DNA from: a virus
Taxonomy: Duplodnaviria > Caudoviricetes
IMG/VR virus record: IMGVR_UViG_3300029822_000041
Location: 1-35,034 of that record
DNA: 35,034 nt
Strand: one strand, 5' to 3'
Every line of letters begins with the position of its first letter. Within the stretch, counting starts at the first letter, position 1. A model generated the notes under the pieces. It saw nothing but the letters and a program-made list of their open reading frames with translations, searched no databases and had not been told where the DNA came from. The translations under genes and the position numbers were made by a program. Below, one piece after another: positions 16,778 through 24,113 of the stretch.

Positions 16778-17175
16778 TTTCTCTTGCCTTCGTCAAATAT
16801 TTCTTTTACAGTACGGCCTAAAGCCTGTTTGCTGTTTCCCTCAATAACGATCAACTGGCCCAGAGCTTTCCTTCCGGTCGGTCCCAAGTCGAGCAGCCAT
16901 TGAGCCACACGATTTAGCCCGTATATATCACCATATAAAGGCAAGCTACCCTGCAAAACATCTTTGGCCTTACTAGAAACGTCTCTATCGTACGGACCCA
17001 ACCATACATAGCTCTCAAAGCTCATACTCGCCCCATATGCGTTCAGCCGCTCATCTAGTTCACTCAACGGCATTGGCAGGTATAATTCACCCCCCAACTC
17101 CTGACATTCATCGTCAGAAACTTTTTTAAAGCCTTGGATTTCGGCGCTGAAAACAGCACCCTCCCGCTCGCTCAT
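16774..17175 (-). CDS. hypothetical protein with weak ArdA-like pattern
   Basis: LYLPMPLSELDERL ... IYGLNRVAQWL resembles ArdA N-terminal motifs. Confidence 0.65.
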   Translation of the reverse strand: MSEREGAVFSAEIQGFKKVSDDECQELGGELYLPMPLSELDERLNAYGASMSFESYVWLGPYDRDVSSKAKDVLQGSLPLYGDIYGLNRVAQWLLDLGPTGRKALGQLIVIEGNSKQALGRTVKEIFDEGKRK

Positions 17176-17549
17176 TTTTTCTCTCCTCCTTTTATCAATC
17201 GGGCTAGCTCTGCCTGCCCATCGGCCTCCAGTCGCTGCTTCGCAGCCTCCAGGGCGGGTTCCAAGGCGTCATGCCAGCTGATATAGTATCCACCCACATC
17301 CACGTTCACAGGCCAAACAGCGCGGTCCTGCTTGGTGCTCCGCAGAAAGTAGCTGTGTCCGCCAAACTTGCCAACCTGATAGTGCGTGCCGTCGACAGCG
17401 CCGTCCCAAAAAACCTCTTCCGGCTTGACTTTAAATTTTTCCTCCACGGCATCCCGGAGCAGCTCCGTCATGCTTACGCGCTGCCCAAAGGCTATGACGC
17501 GCAAAGCTTCTTTCATGTCTGGTGGGATGTACAGTGCGGTTTTTATCAT
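17172..17549 (-). CDS. RHH-domain regulator fused to an unknown C-terminal domain
   Basis: Likely start MIKTALYIPPDMKEALRVIAF...SMTELLRDAVEE after an AAGGA RBS. Confidence 0.75.
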   Translation of the reverse strand: MIKTALYIPPDMKEALRVIAFGQRVSMTELLRDAVEEKFKVKPEEVFWDGAVDGTHYQVGKFGGHSYFLRSTKQDRAVWPVNVDVGGYYISWHDALEPALEAAKQRLEADGQAELARLIKGGEKK

Positions 17550-17613
17550 AGTATCACGTCCTTTTCCTTTTACTGGCTGCGGGGGAGGGGGAGCCACCTC
17601 CCCCGCATGGGTT

Positions 17614-18039
17614 TTACAGGACTAGGCGGTGCGTCGTGGGCTGATCGTCATCGTCATAAACGTTGATAGCGTTGATCACGCAAGGCTTCCGGCGCCCCTT
17701 GTAGGGCGCTAAAATCGCCTCTTTCGCCGCCTGAAAAGAAACCATCAAAACGCGAAGGGCTTCTTGCTCTCCTGCCTCGTAGAGCTTCTGGCTTTCGGCC
17801 TCGTGCGTCCTCTGCATGTTCTTGACTATCGCTCTGGCTTCGTCCTCGTCCGCTACGTCCCGCGCCTGTGCTACATACCGTGCGTAGACACCAGGGGTTG
17901 CGTTGGCTTTTGCGGTCTCCCAGGCTTCCTGCCTGGCGGCGATAGAAACGAAGGAATCAAAAGTTATGTACCCCTGCGCCACCGCTCTACAAGATCTCTT
18001 ATACTCCTCGTACTGTGTCTTCAGTGCTTCACGATCCAT
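17614..18039 (-). CDS. hypothetical protein, first gene of the accessory operon
   Basis: AAGGAGG RBS, downstream of a consensus promoter. Confidence 0.75.
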   Translation of the reverse strand: MDREALKTQYEEYKRSCRAVAQGYITFDSFVSIAARQEAWETAKANATPGVYARYVAQARDVADEDEARAIVKNMQRTHEAESQKLYEAGEQEALRVLMVSFQAAKEAILAPYKGRRKPCVINAINVYDDDDQPTTHRLVL

Positions 18040-18084
18040 TTTTTTCTTCCTCCTTTATTTTGCCCACCCGCTTTATCTACTATA

Positions 18085-18113
18085 AGTATACACCATAGAC
18101 ATCTACCTGTCAA
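18085..18113 (-). promoter_or_regulatory. near-consensus sigma-A promoter
   Basis: TTGACA-17bp-TATACT; spacer contains the palindrome TAGA-TG-TCTA; A/T-rich UP-like tract upstream. Confidence 0.85.
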
Positions 18114-18234
18114 CCATTTTTAGCCTGGACGCCAAAAAAAAATTTAAAAAGTACAAAACGGCGAAACCATTGCGCCCCAACGGTTTCCGCTGTTTTTATC
18201 AATATCAGAAAATAACAACTTTTAAAATGGGCAT

Positions 18235-18259
18235 AAAAAATAGGGGCATTAACGCCCCT
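18235..18259 (-). terminator. terminator of the late operon
   Basis: AGGGGC-GTTAAT-GCCCCT followed by ATTTTTT on the minus strand. Confidence 0.8.
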
Positions 18260-18443
18260 GTAGATCATCTTTCAACCTCTCCTTGAGCCTCTCTATTAGC
18301 TCCCTGGCGGCTTGTTCGTTACGCAACCTAACTCTGTCCGTAAATTCCTCTAGGGCGGCTTCTAGGCTGGTTTCTGTGGGCGGTGGAGCTTCTATTTTTA
18401 TCCCCACCGCCTGCGCTGTACCGCCGCCCGTTATACGTTTTTT
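18249..18443 (-). CDS. -1 frame extension of the holin-like gene (or small separate ORF)
   Basis: Open 65-codon frame starting at A_AAA_AAC (18443-18437): ...RITGGGTAQAVGIKIEAPPPTETSLEAALEEFTDRVRLRNEQAARELIERLKERLKDDLQGR*. Confidence 0.55.
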   Translation of the reverse strand, partial: KKRITGGGTAQAVGIKIEAPPPTETSLEAALEEFTDRVRLRNEQAARELIERLKERLKDDLQGR

Positions 18444-18751
18444 GTCTTAAATACTCCAGTCAAATTATAAAATCCTACCAAAATATCAATTACATTACTT
18501 GCAAAATTAAGTATTAGTTCATCCGGCAAATCCACTCCCGGGATGGCGGTATCTATGGTGGCTAGTGTCTGGGCAAGCAGTTGTAATACGGCCTGTTTCT
18601 TTTCCTCGCCGAATCCAGGCACCTCAACCTGTTTAATAAATTGCTTAATAGGCTCGATTAGACCTACAAGTAACTTCACGATCCCCAAAATCTCCGCAAT
18701 CTTTTTAATCCAGTTTAACATTTTCTTATCCCCTTTCTTTATCCGTGCCAC
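18431..18751 (-). CDS. holin-like protein (LL-H-like pattern; likely start about 18721)
   Basis: Follows the endolysin; hydrophobic N-terminus, GEEKKQAV motif. Confidence 0.6.
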   Translation of the reverse strand: MARIKKGDKKMLNWIKKIAEILGIVKLLVGLIEPIKQFIKQVEVPGFGEEKKQAVLQLLAQTLATIDTAIPGVDLPDELILNFASNVIDILVGFYNLTGVFKTKNV

Positions 18752-19107
18752 CGGGCACCGAATCCGCGCACATCAACGTGTATAAAGCCTTGCCTTGGAT
18801 ATTTGCCGATCCCGTCAAAACCAACATCTTCGGCCACTTTGGCCAGCTGATCTGCAGTCATACCCTTGGGCACCATCACATCTGCTGCCGTGCCTTTTAG
18901 GTGCTGGCTACTCTTGGCCCCTCCCACGTTTTTGTTGTGGATAGTACACCTAAAGCCGCTGTTGATTATCAACGGCTTACCTACCTTACAACGCAAGCAC
19001 TCTAGCTGATGGATCAACTTGGGATCCATGCCGCCCTTGGGCAGCGCTCCACAGTGCCGACACCTAAACTCATCCTCGTTAAAATGCTTTGTCAACTGCT
19101 TGCCCAC
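18739..19107 (-). CDS. endolysin, peptidase M15 family, no cell-wall-binding domain
   Basis: HF...EFRC.CG, INSGFRC..HNKNVGGAKSSQHLKGTAAD, FIHVDVR Zn-binding motifs. Confidence 0.92.
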   Translation of the reverse strand: MGKQLTKHFNEDEFRCRHCGALPKGGMDPKLIHQLECLRCKVGKPLIINSGFRCTIHNKNVGGAKSSQHLKGTAADVMVPKGMTADQLAKVAEDVGFDGIGKYPRQGFIHVDVRGFGARWHG

Positions 19108-19120
19108 CTTTTACACCTCC

Positions 19121-19219
19121 TCACGTATTACACGCGCTCCAGCCACAAACCGGGCAGGTAGCGCATCCGCTCTCATGTCTCACTGTTGCCCCACAGTCGG
19201 GGCAATGATCGTCTGACAT
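19121..19219 (-). CDS. 32-aa zinc-ribbon protein (not in ORF track)
   Basis: MSDDHCPDCGATVRHESGCATCPVCGWSACNT with GGAG RBS; fills the gap before the endolysin RBS. Confidence 0.65.
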   Translation of the reverse strand: MSDDHCPDCGATVRHESGCATCPVCGWSACNT

Positions 19220-19437
19220 CTAATCATCTCCAATGCTTTGTCTGCTGCTAAAATACCAGCTAAATCTGCTGCTATATCTCCCCACTCTGCGCTGTGGGGC
19301 GGATTGTAATGGTCCCAAACCTCCTTTCCAACTCCAATGGAAAATGCCACCCTATTTGCATCTTTGGGTGGCATAAAAGTATTAAGTCCAACTGTCAAAA
19401 CAAACGAGATGGCAAAGTGCAGGAGTTTGTCAATCAC
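19180..19437 (-). CDS. VanZ/YfiM-like small membrane protein
   Basis: GTG start overlaps the xhlA stop; DKLLHF...GKEVWD...DIAADLAGI. Confidence 0.75.
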   Translation of the reverse strand: MIDKLLHFAISFVLTVGLNTFMPPKDANRVAFSIGVGKEVWDHYNPPHSAEWGDIAADLAGILAADKALEMIRCQTIIAPTVGQQ

Positions 19438-19691
19438 TTGATCAAACCCCTCTGGGCAGCATAAAAAAAGAAGCTTACTAAAGCTCCCACAAAAAGGCCC
19501 ATCGCCCATCTTATCGTTGTTACCAGTCCCTGGATTTGTTCGCATAGATTCTCAATCTTCGCTTCCGTTCGTGATTGATACTGTTCCAGTTTATCTAGTC
19601 TGTCACTGTGCCCGTTCAATCTTTTGTTATGCGTTTCTAATTGCTCGTCGATCCGTCTGTGGCGTTCGGTGCAGACTGCAGTTTCTGTCAT
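19434..19691 (-). CDS. xhlA: XhlA-family hemolysin/holin-like protein
   Basis: Coiled coil (RLNGHSDRLDKLEQ...IENLCEQI) plus C-terminal TM helix. Confidence 0.88.
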   Translation of the reverse strand: MTETAVCTERHRRIDEQLETHNKRLNGHSDRLDKLEQYQSRTEAKIENLCEQIQGLVTTIRWAMGLFVGALVSFFFYAAQRGLIK

Positions 19692-19708
19692 ATGTTATCA
19701 ACTCCCGT

Positions 19709-20746
19709 TCAACTTTTCTTCTTTAAATAAATCTGCTCCGGAAACACCTTCCAAACCGTTGCTCCATCTGGGTAATAGTCTCCCGAACAATAAGCATAAT
19801 TGCCATCAAAAGCTAGACTTCTGATTCTTTTCCCATAGTCAAGTATTTGTGATGATTTAGCGAGAGTTTTAGCGTCCAATCTTATAATCTTTCCTCCGAT
19901 ACCGGCACAAAAAACATAATTATCATAGCAGGCAATATCGATCGCATCAATATCATCCCTGATGCTTTCCGCCACCACACTCATATCAGATGGATCTATC
20001 TTCGCAACACTTCCCGTATACATTCCGCAAAAAAGATACCCGCCGTAGGGCTCAATCGATGTTATGGTTTTTGCAAACGCTGGACTTTCTGCAACGACGC
20101 TCAAGTCCTCGGGATTTATTTTTTTTACAGTCCAGGAAGTTTGAGAGCTAGATGACGTCGCGCAATAAAGGTAGTTGCCATCAGAGACGAGCGCATCTAT
20201 AGTGTCCCCCCCAATAGCGCTTTCCCCAATGATTGCCAAGTCGGTAGGGTTTATTTTTTTGATACGTTCCCCCGGCCCATAAACGTCCTCCCGGCTACCG
20301 TTGCAGTATATAAAATAATCATCTGCGGTTAACACTGTAATTCCCCTTTGATTTCCATCGAGGATAGTCTGTTCGCTTTGGGCTACTTTGCTCATATCAA
20401 TAGGATTTATTTTCCAAACCCGCCCTGACAAAGGATCGCCCGTATAATTTAACCCACCACCACAATAAATGTATCCATCTCTTAATATAATGCAGTTTAT
20501 CGTTCTGTCATAATTTGAACTTTCCGCCACCACACTCATATCAGATGGATTTATTTTTTGCACGAAAAATGCATGAACATAGTTACCAGGCTGTCCCGAA
20601 ACACTATGAGAGTTGCAGTAGATAAAATCGCCATCACAAGCAATGGCGTTACGATTTATGTCCGCAGGGGGGCTTTCCCCTAGCTTTAAATAGTGGGCTA
20701 AAGGTTCAACCGTCATGCCCCCGACATTTACGCTGCCCACTGCCAT
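19709..20746 (-). CDS. beta-propeller protein, candidate receptor-binding protein
   Basis: About seven ~40-50 aa repeats of D..Y(I/L)YC...KINP.D(M/L)S.VAES; last tail-region gene. Confidence 0.75.
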   Translation of the reverse strand: MAVGSVNVGGMTVEPLAHYLKLGESPPADINRNAIACDGDFIYCNSHSVSGQPGNYVHAFFVQKINPSDMSVVAESSNYDRTINCIILRDGYIYCGGGLNYTGDPLSGRVWKINPIDMSKVAQSEQTILDGNQRGITVLTADDYFIYCNGSREDVYGPGERIKKINPTDLAIIGESAIGGDTIDALVSDGNYLYCATSSSSQTSWTVKKINPEDLSVVAESPAFAKTITSIEPYGGYLFCGMYTGSVAKIDPSDMSVVAESIRDDIDAIDIACYDNYVFCAGIGGKIIRLDAKTLAKSSQILDYGKRIRSLAFDGNYAYCSGDYYPDGATVWKVFPEQIYLKKKS

Positions 20747-21307
20747 TTATCCCACCTGCCTAACTATCTTTAAATCAGCTATCACGTCTTCTGTGATTGC
20801 CCACTCCGAATAAAGAGTCACCTTTCCCTCTGTGCTTAAACAAGCGCTTTTAATATCCTCTGCTTTTTCCAAATACTCCAAATGTACATTTACATCAATA
20901 ACTGAATCAGCTGTTATATCGGCATCTACAATGTCGTATTTCCAGTAGCCGCTGTTTGCGGTATCGTCTACCCATCCCACGGCGGCTATTATCACGTTCT
21001 TTTTTATCTTTACGTGGCCATCTATATCATTTAGCTTGTCGGCCGTCGCCTTCAATGTCACCGGCGGCGCATCATACCAGTTGGCCGTGCCGAGGATCGC
21101 CTTGATACGGTTTATCAGCCAATTCAGGATCTGCCGAAGGGTGCCTATATTACTGTTGGGGACTTGGGCCTGGTCTAACGCGCGTTCTCCTGTCTCGATT
21201 GCGCCGATGTTTTTTTCGATGCGGTTAAAGTCGGCGGCCCCAACAGGATCGCCAGATCTCCAATCAACCTTTGGCTCCTGCCAGTTAGATGGTGAGTTCA
21301 TTGACAA
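20747..21307 (-). CDS. tail/baseplate-associated protein
   Basis: WQEPKVDW...DFNRIEKNI N-terminus typical of siphophage tail-tip proteins. Confidence 0.75.
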   Translation of the reverse strand: MSMNSPSNWQEPKVDWRSGDPVGAADFNRIEKNIGAIETGERALDQAQVPNSNIGTLRQILNWLINRIKAILGTANWYDAPPVTLKATADKLNDIDGHVKIKKNVIIAAVGWVDDTANSGYWKYDIVDADITADSVIDVNVHLEYLEKAEDIKSACLSTEGKVTLYSEWAITEDVIADLKIVRQVG

Positions 21308-21468
21308 CGCCTCCAGCCGTCACCTTAATAGGTGTATTGTTTAATTTTTCTAAAGCCGCTTGCGCCTCTTTGGGTGCGGCAATATAGTCGTCTGCCTCAA
21401 TATTGATCGCGACTGGCAAAATGTTTTGTTTTAGCATATCTCGTCACCTCCAGTGTCGCTATATCTCT

Positions 21469-21588
21469 CTATCTCCCCATCAACTCATTGATCAGAGCCT
21501 CCTGCTCCGCCACCTTGAGCGTGAGCTTTTTAATAAGCTCTGCCTGTCGCTCTACCAGATCCAAAATCTCAAGCCCAAGGCTTTCCAT
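21469..21588 (-). CDS. 39-aa coiled-coil protein (not in ORF track)
   Basis: GGAGGG RBS; MESLGLEILDLVERQAELIKKLTLKVAEQEALINELMGR. Confidence 0.6.
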   Translation of the reverse strand: MESLGLEILDLVERQAELIKKLTLKVAEQEALINELMGR

Positions 21589-21805
21589 CAAATCCCTCCA
21601 TCGGCGCATCATCGCTTATCTCAACGTCTCTAATCTCCACGCCAACACTGATATAATCGCCCTCGTCTGTCACTTCGCCGCGGAAGACAGCCTGCGTTAG
21701 TTGATCAAACTCTGGCACCTCTGCGTGCTTGAGGGGTTTTGCGCCTGGGGTGCCTACCGGCACTACCTTTAGCTCTCCGTTTTCGATTATCCCGTATTTT
21801 TGCAT
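21569..21805 (-). CDS. hypothetical tail-region protein
   Basis: AAGGCGGTG RBS; overlaps the 3' end of the RT remnant. Confidence 0.7.
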   Translation of the reverse strand: MQKYGIIENGELKVVPVGTPGAKPLKHAEVPEFDQLTQAVFRGEVTDEGDYISVGVEIRDVEISDDAPMEGFDGKPWA

Positions 21806-21935
21806 GATTACTCACCGCCTTTTTAGCTTTACCGACACTTACATATGGCTTGACGTGTTTATTATAAAAGTTATAGCTATCGCTGCGTTTTATCCAGCCC
21901 CAATAAGAGATTATTGCGCAGGCATCTTTATAGTT
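21705..21935 (-). pseudogene. C-terminal remnant of a DGR reverse transcriptase
   Basis: Start-less frame NYKDACAIISYWGWIKRSDSYNFYNKHVKPYV... with the SY.GW.K..DS thumb motif of DGR RTs; fused directly to the truncated TR; no YxDD region present. Confidence 0.75.
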
Positions 21936-21981
21936 GGACCAGCAGTCAAGCCGTTATTCCAATTCCCACCCAGCTGGGCAA
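21935..21981 (-). repeat. DGR template repeat (5' part only)
   Basis: 47-bp copy of 22110-22156 with 4 mismatches, all at adenines of this copy on the coding strand. Confidence 0.88.
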
Positions 21982-22004
21982 GCGCGCACCCCATAGCCCG
22001 TTAA

Positions 22005-22026
22005 TTGGGGGACTGCGGTCCCCCAA
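22005..22026. promoter_or_regulatory. DGR target-recognition hairpin/cruciform
   Basis: TTGGGGGAC-4nt-GTCCCCCAA perfect 9-bp stem, 5 bp after the target gene stop. Confidence 0.75.
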
Positions 22027-22031
22027 ACCCC

Positions 22032-23384
22032 CTACAGGGGTTTTTTAAGGAGCCGCCCGCCGAAGGTCACGCTCGCAAGCGCGGAAGAGCTATGCAGAGC
22101 CCAGGAGGATGGACCAGCAGTCAAGCCGTAATTCCAAGGCCCACCCAGCAGGGCAATTCTTTGCCCTGTCGTTTGGTAATAGTAGTCGCTGTAGTATGTG
22201 CTTGCTCCAGCTCCAGCTCCTAACTCTACCGGAAATTCGACGAAGGGTAGCGCTGGATCGTAGCCCATGGTCTTGGGGTATCCGTTTTCGTTTAAGTTTA
22301 CATATCCGAGTTGCTCATATGGATCTGTAAACAGATTGCTGGCGTACTCGTCAGCATTTTTGCAAACCCACGCTTGATTATCGTTGATATTGACACCATC
22401 AACAAACTGCCACATATCACCGTATGGGCTTTCAATACCGCGGTACATGCAGGGATATTTGCCGCTCGTGTTATCACCGATGCTGCCGCTACTGGCTGCA
22501 ATTTGAGAGCTAAAGCCGCTGACTGCGCCCGAGTTCATCAAAAAATTACCCTCGGCAACACTTGCAGGCTCGCCATCAAAATATATCGCCTTGTTATCTG
22601 TGTCATAATCCTCAATGCTCGTGATTGTGCGACCATAAAAAACTTGAGAGCCATATCTGGATGTACCAATGGAGATTGTTTGCCGCTCTCTATACCGCGC
22701 TGCTGTGGTATTTGATACGATGATTCTGTTTGTGTTTTCCTCCGAAATTACAGCTAGATGTGTTTCTGTGCCGTATGTACCGGTAGCAAATCCATACATA
22801 ACCGACTGCATGTTTAATGTTGCAAATTCAATAAACATCAAAGTGCGTAATACGTCCACCGTGTGGATATCCAGCTGCTGGTAGCCCTTTAGCCCATCAG
22901 TATTGTTGTTTTGCGCATACGTCCTAAAATTAACTATATTCCTACTTGCCAGCGGTGCTGTGCCAGGTTTCGATTCCAACCTATCCCCTGCGCCCAAAGA
23001 AGCCTTGTGTTTTCCTACATCAATATACGGTAATTCTCTTTGGCTTTCAAAATCCCAAAAACACCAAGGCAAGTAAAACCCGGGTAGCTTTGCATTTGCC
23101 ACCTGCCACGATTTGTAATTTTCCGCGTCTTTCTTTCGGATATAAAGCTTTAGGATCCTCACGAAAACATTGCCTAACTCGTCTGTCGCATCGTGGATAT
23201 CGCCGAAGATAGGCACCGAATCAAAATCATTATAGACAACTTGATCGTCCACCCCGACATTGGCGGTTAGACCCCTGGCATCGTCTGTACGCGTTAGGAT
23301 TGGGCTGGATTGTTTATCCCATTCCGCGCCAAAGACAGAAACGGAACGCATAAAATTACCGGGCTTGGAAAATTGAACTCTCAT
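22032..23384 (-). CDS. DGR target protein (C-type-lectin-fold, Mtd-like tail adhesin) with VR at about 22050-22156
   Basis: YRGIESPYGDMWQFVDG and C-terminal LLGGPW..G..AG...W.L..S......FGGRL; ATG at 23384 overlaps the upstream stop. Confidence 0.88.
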   Translation of the reverse strand: MRVQFSKPGNFMRSVSVFGAEWDKQSSPILTRTDDARGLTANVGVDDQVVYNDFDSVPIFGDIHDATDELGNVFVRILKLYIRKKDAENYKSWQVANAKLPGFYLPWCFWDFESQRELPYIDVGKHKASLGAGDRLESKPGTAPLASRNIVNFRTYAQNNNTDGLKGYQQLDIHTVDVLRTLMFIEFATLNMQSVMYGFATGTYGTETHLAVISEENTNRIIVSNTTAARYRERQTISIGTSRYGSQVFYGRTITSIEDYDTDNKAIYFDGEPASVAEGNFLMNSGAVSGFSSQIAASSGSIGDNTSGKYPCMYRGIESPYGDMWQFVDGVNINDNQAWVCKNADEYASNLFTDPYEQLGYVNLNENGYPKTMGYDPALPFVEFPVELGAGAGASTYYSDYYYQTTGQRIALLGGPWNYGLTAGPSSWALHSSSALASVTFGGRLLKKPL

Positions 23385-24100
23385 TGTCTGCTCACCACCG
23401 TTAAAACTGCATCCTCTACAAAATATATACTGATACTGCCGACTGCCCAACTAGCACCAAATCCCTCACCCAGCGGCTCCCCTGTGGTTGCTGTAGCGGG
23501 TTGTCCATCTGTGCGAATACGAATATAGCCAGATTCTAGATATACTTCTAGCTTGCTTGCCCCTTCTACAAGTTCATACGTGGCGGTAGCGCCCGCTAGC
23601 TCTGCATGTTGGGAGCTTGATACTTCAGCGCTATTGCCAGCTAATCTTGTCGCTATATTCCCATTTATCGACACTGGGAGGGCAGGATCCATCTTAGTCA
23701 AAATAGCCTGCGCTGTGGCCTCTGTGGCTCTCTCTGCCGCCGTGGTTGCTATTGTATCGACTACTGCCTTTAGCGCAGCCAGTGTGGTCTCTGTGGAGTA
23801 GTCTTTTGCATCCAGACTATCGACCACCGCCTTGAGTGCATCTTGTTTTGCAGCCGTGGCCCCATCTTTAGTTATCAGTGCGTCTATGCCAGCCTTGATT
23901 AATGATAGCGTAGCTTCCTTCCCTAGCAAGCTTAACGCGCTCATGATATCTACAGGCTCACCATCGGCATCATATAACTCTACCCGACTAGCCCCGTTGC
24001 GCCCCTCTAAAAACTCATATACATCTGCAGTCGGGTTAAAATATTGTGGTGCTGGCTTGCTGTCGACATCCGTAATTATCGGTCTTGTGTTACCTGCCAT
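23381..24100 (-). CDS. tail fibre-associated protein
   Basis: PAPQYFNP N-terminus and Ala/Thr-rich helical repeats (ATEAT, TETTL); tail-module position. Confidence 0.7.
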   Translation of the reverse strand: MAGNTRPIITDVDSKPAPQYFNPTADVYEFLEGRNGASRVELYDADGEPVDIMSALSLLGKEATLSLIKAGIDALITKDGATAAKQDALKAVVDSLDAKDYSTETTLAALKAVVDTIATTAAERATEATAQAILTKMDPALPVSINGNIATRLAGNSAEVSSSQHAELAGATATYELVEGASKLEVYLESGYIRIRTDGQPATATTGEPLGEGFGASWAVGSISIYFVEDAVLTVVSRQ

Positions 24101-24113
24101 TTTCTACCACCTC

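Noticed and set aside
18154-18196. Imperfect inverted repeat AAAACGGCGAAACC...GGTTTCCGCTGTTTT
   Set aside because: Could be a second terminator or a binding site, but no function can be supported from sequence alone
21705-22030. Active DGR
   Set aside because: No RT catalytic domain or avd in the window, and the TR covers only the 5' part of the VR
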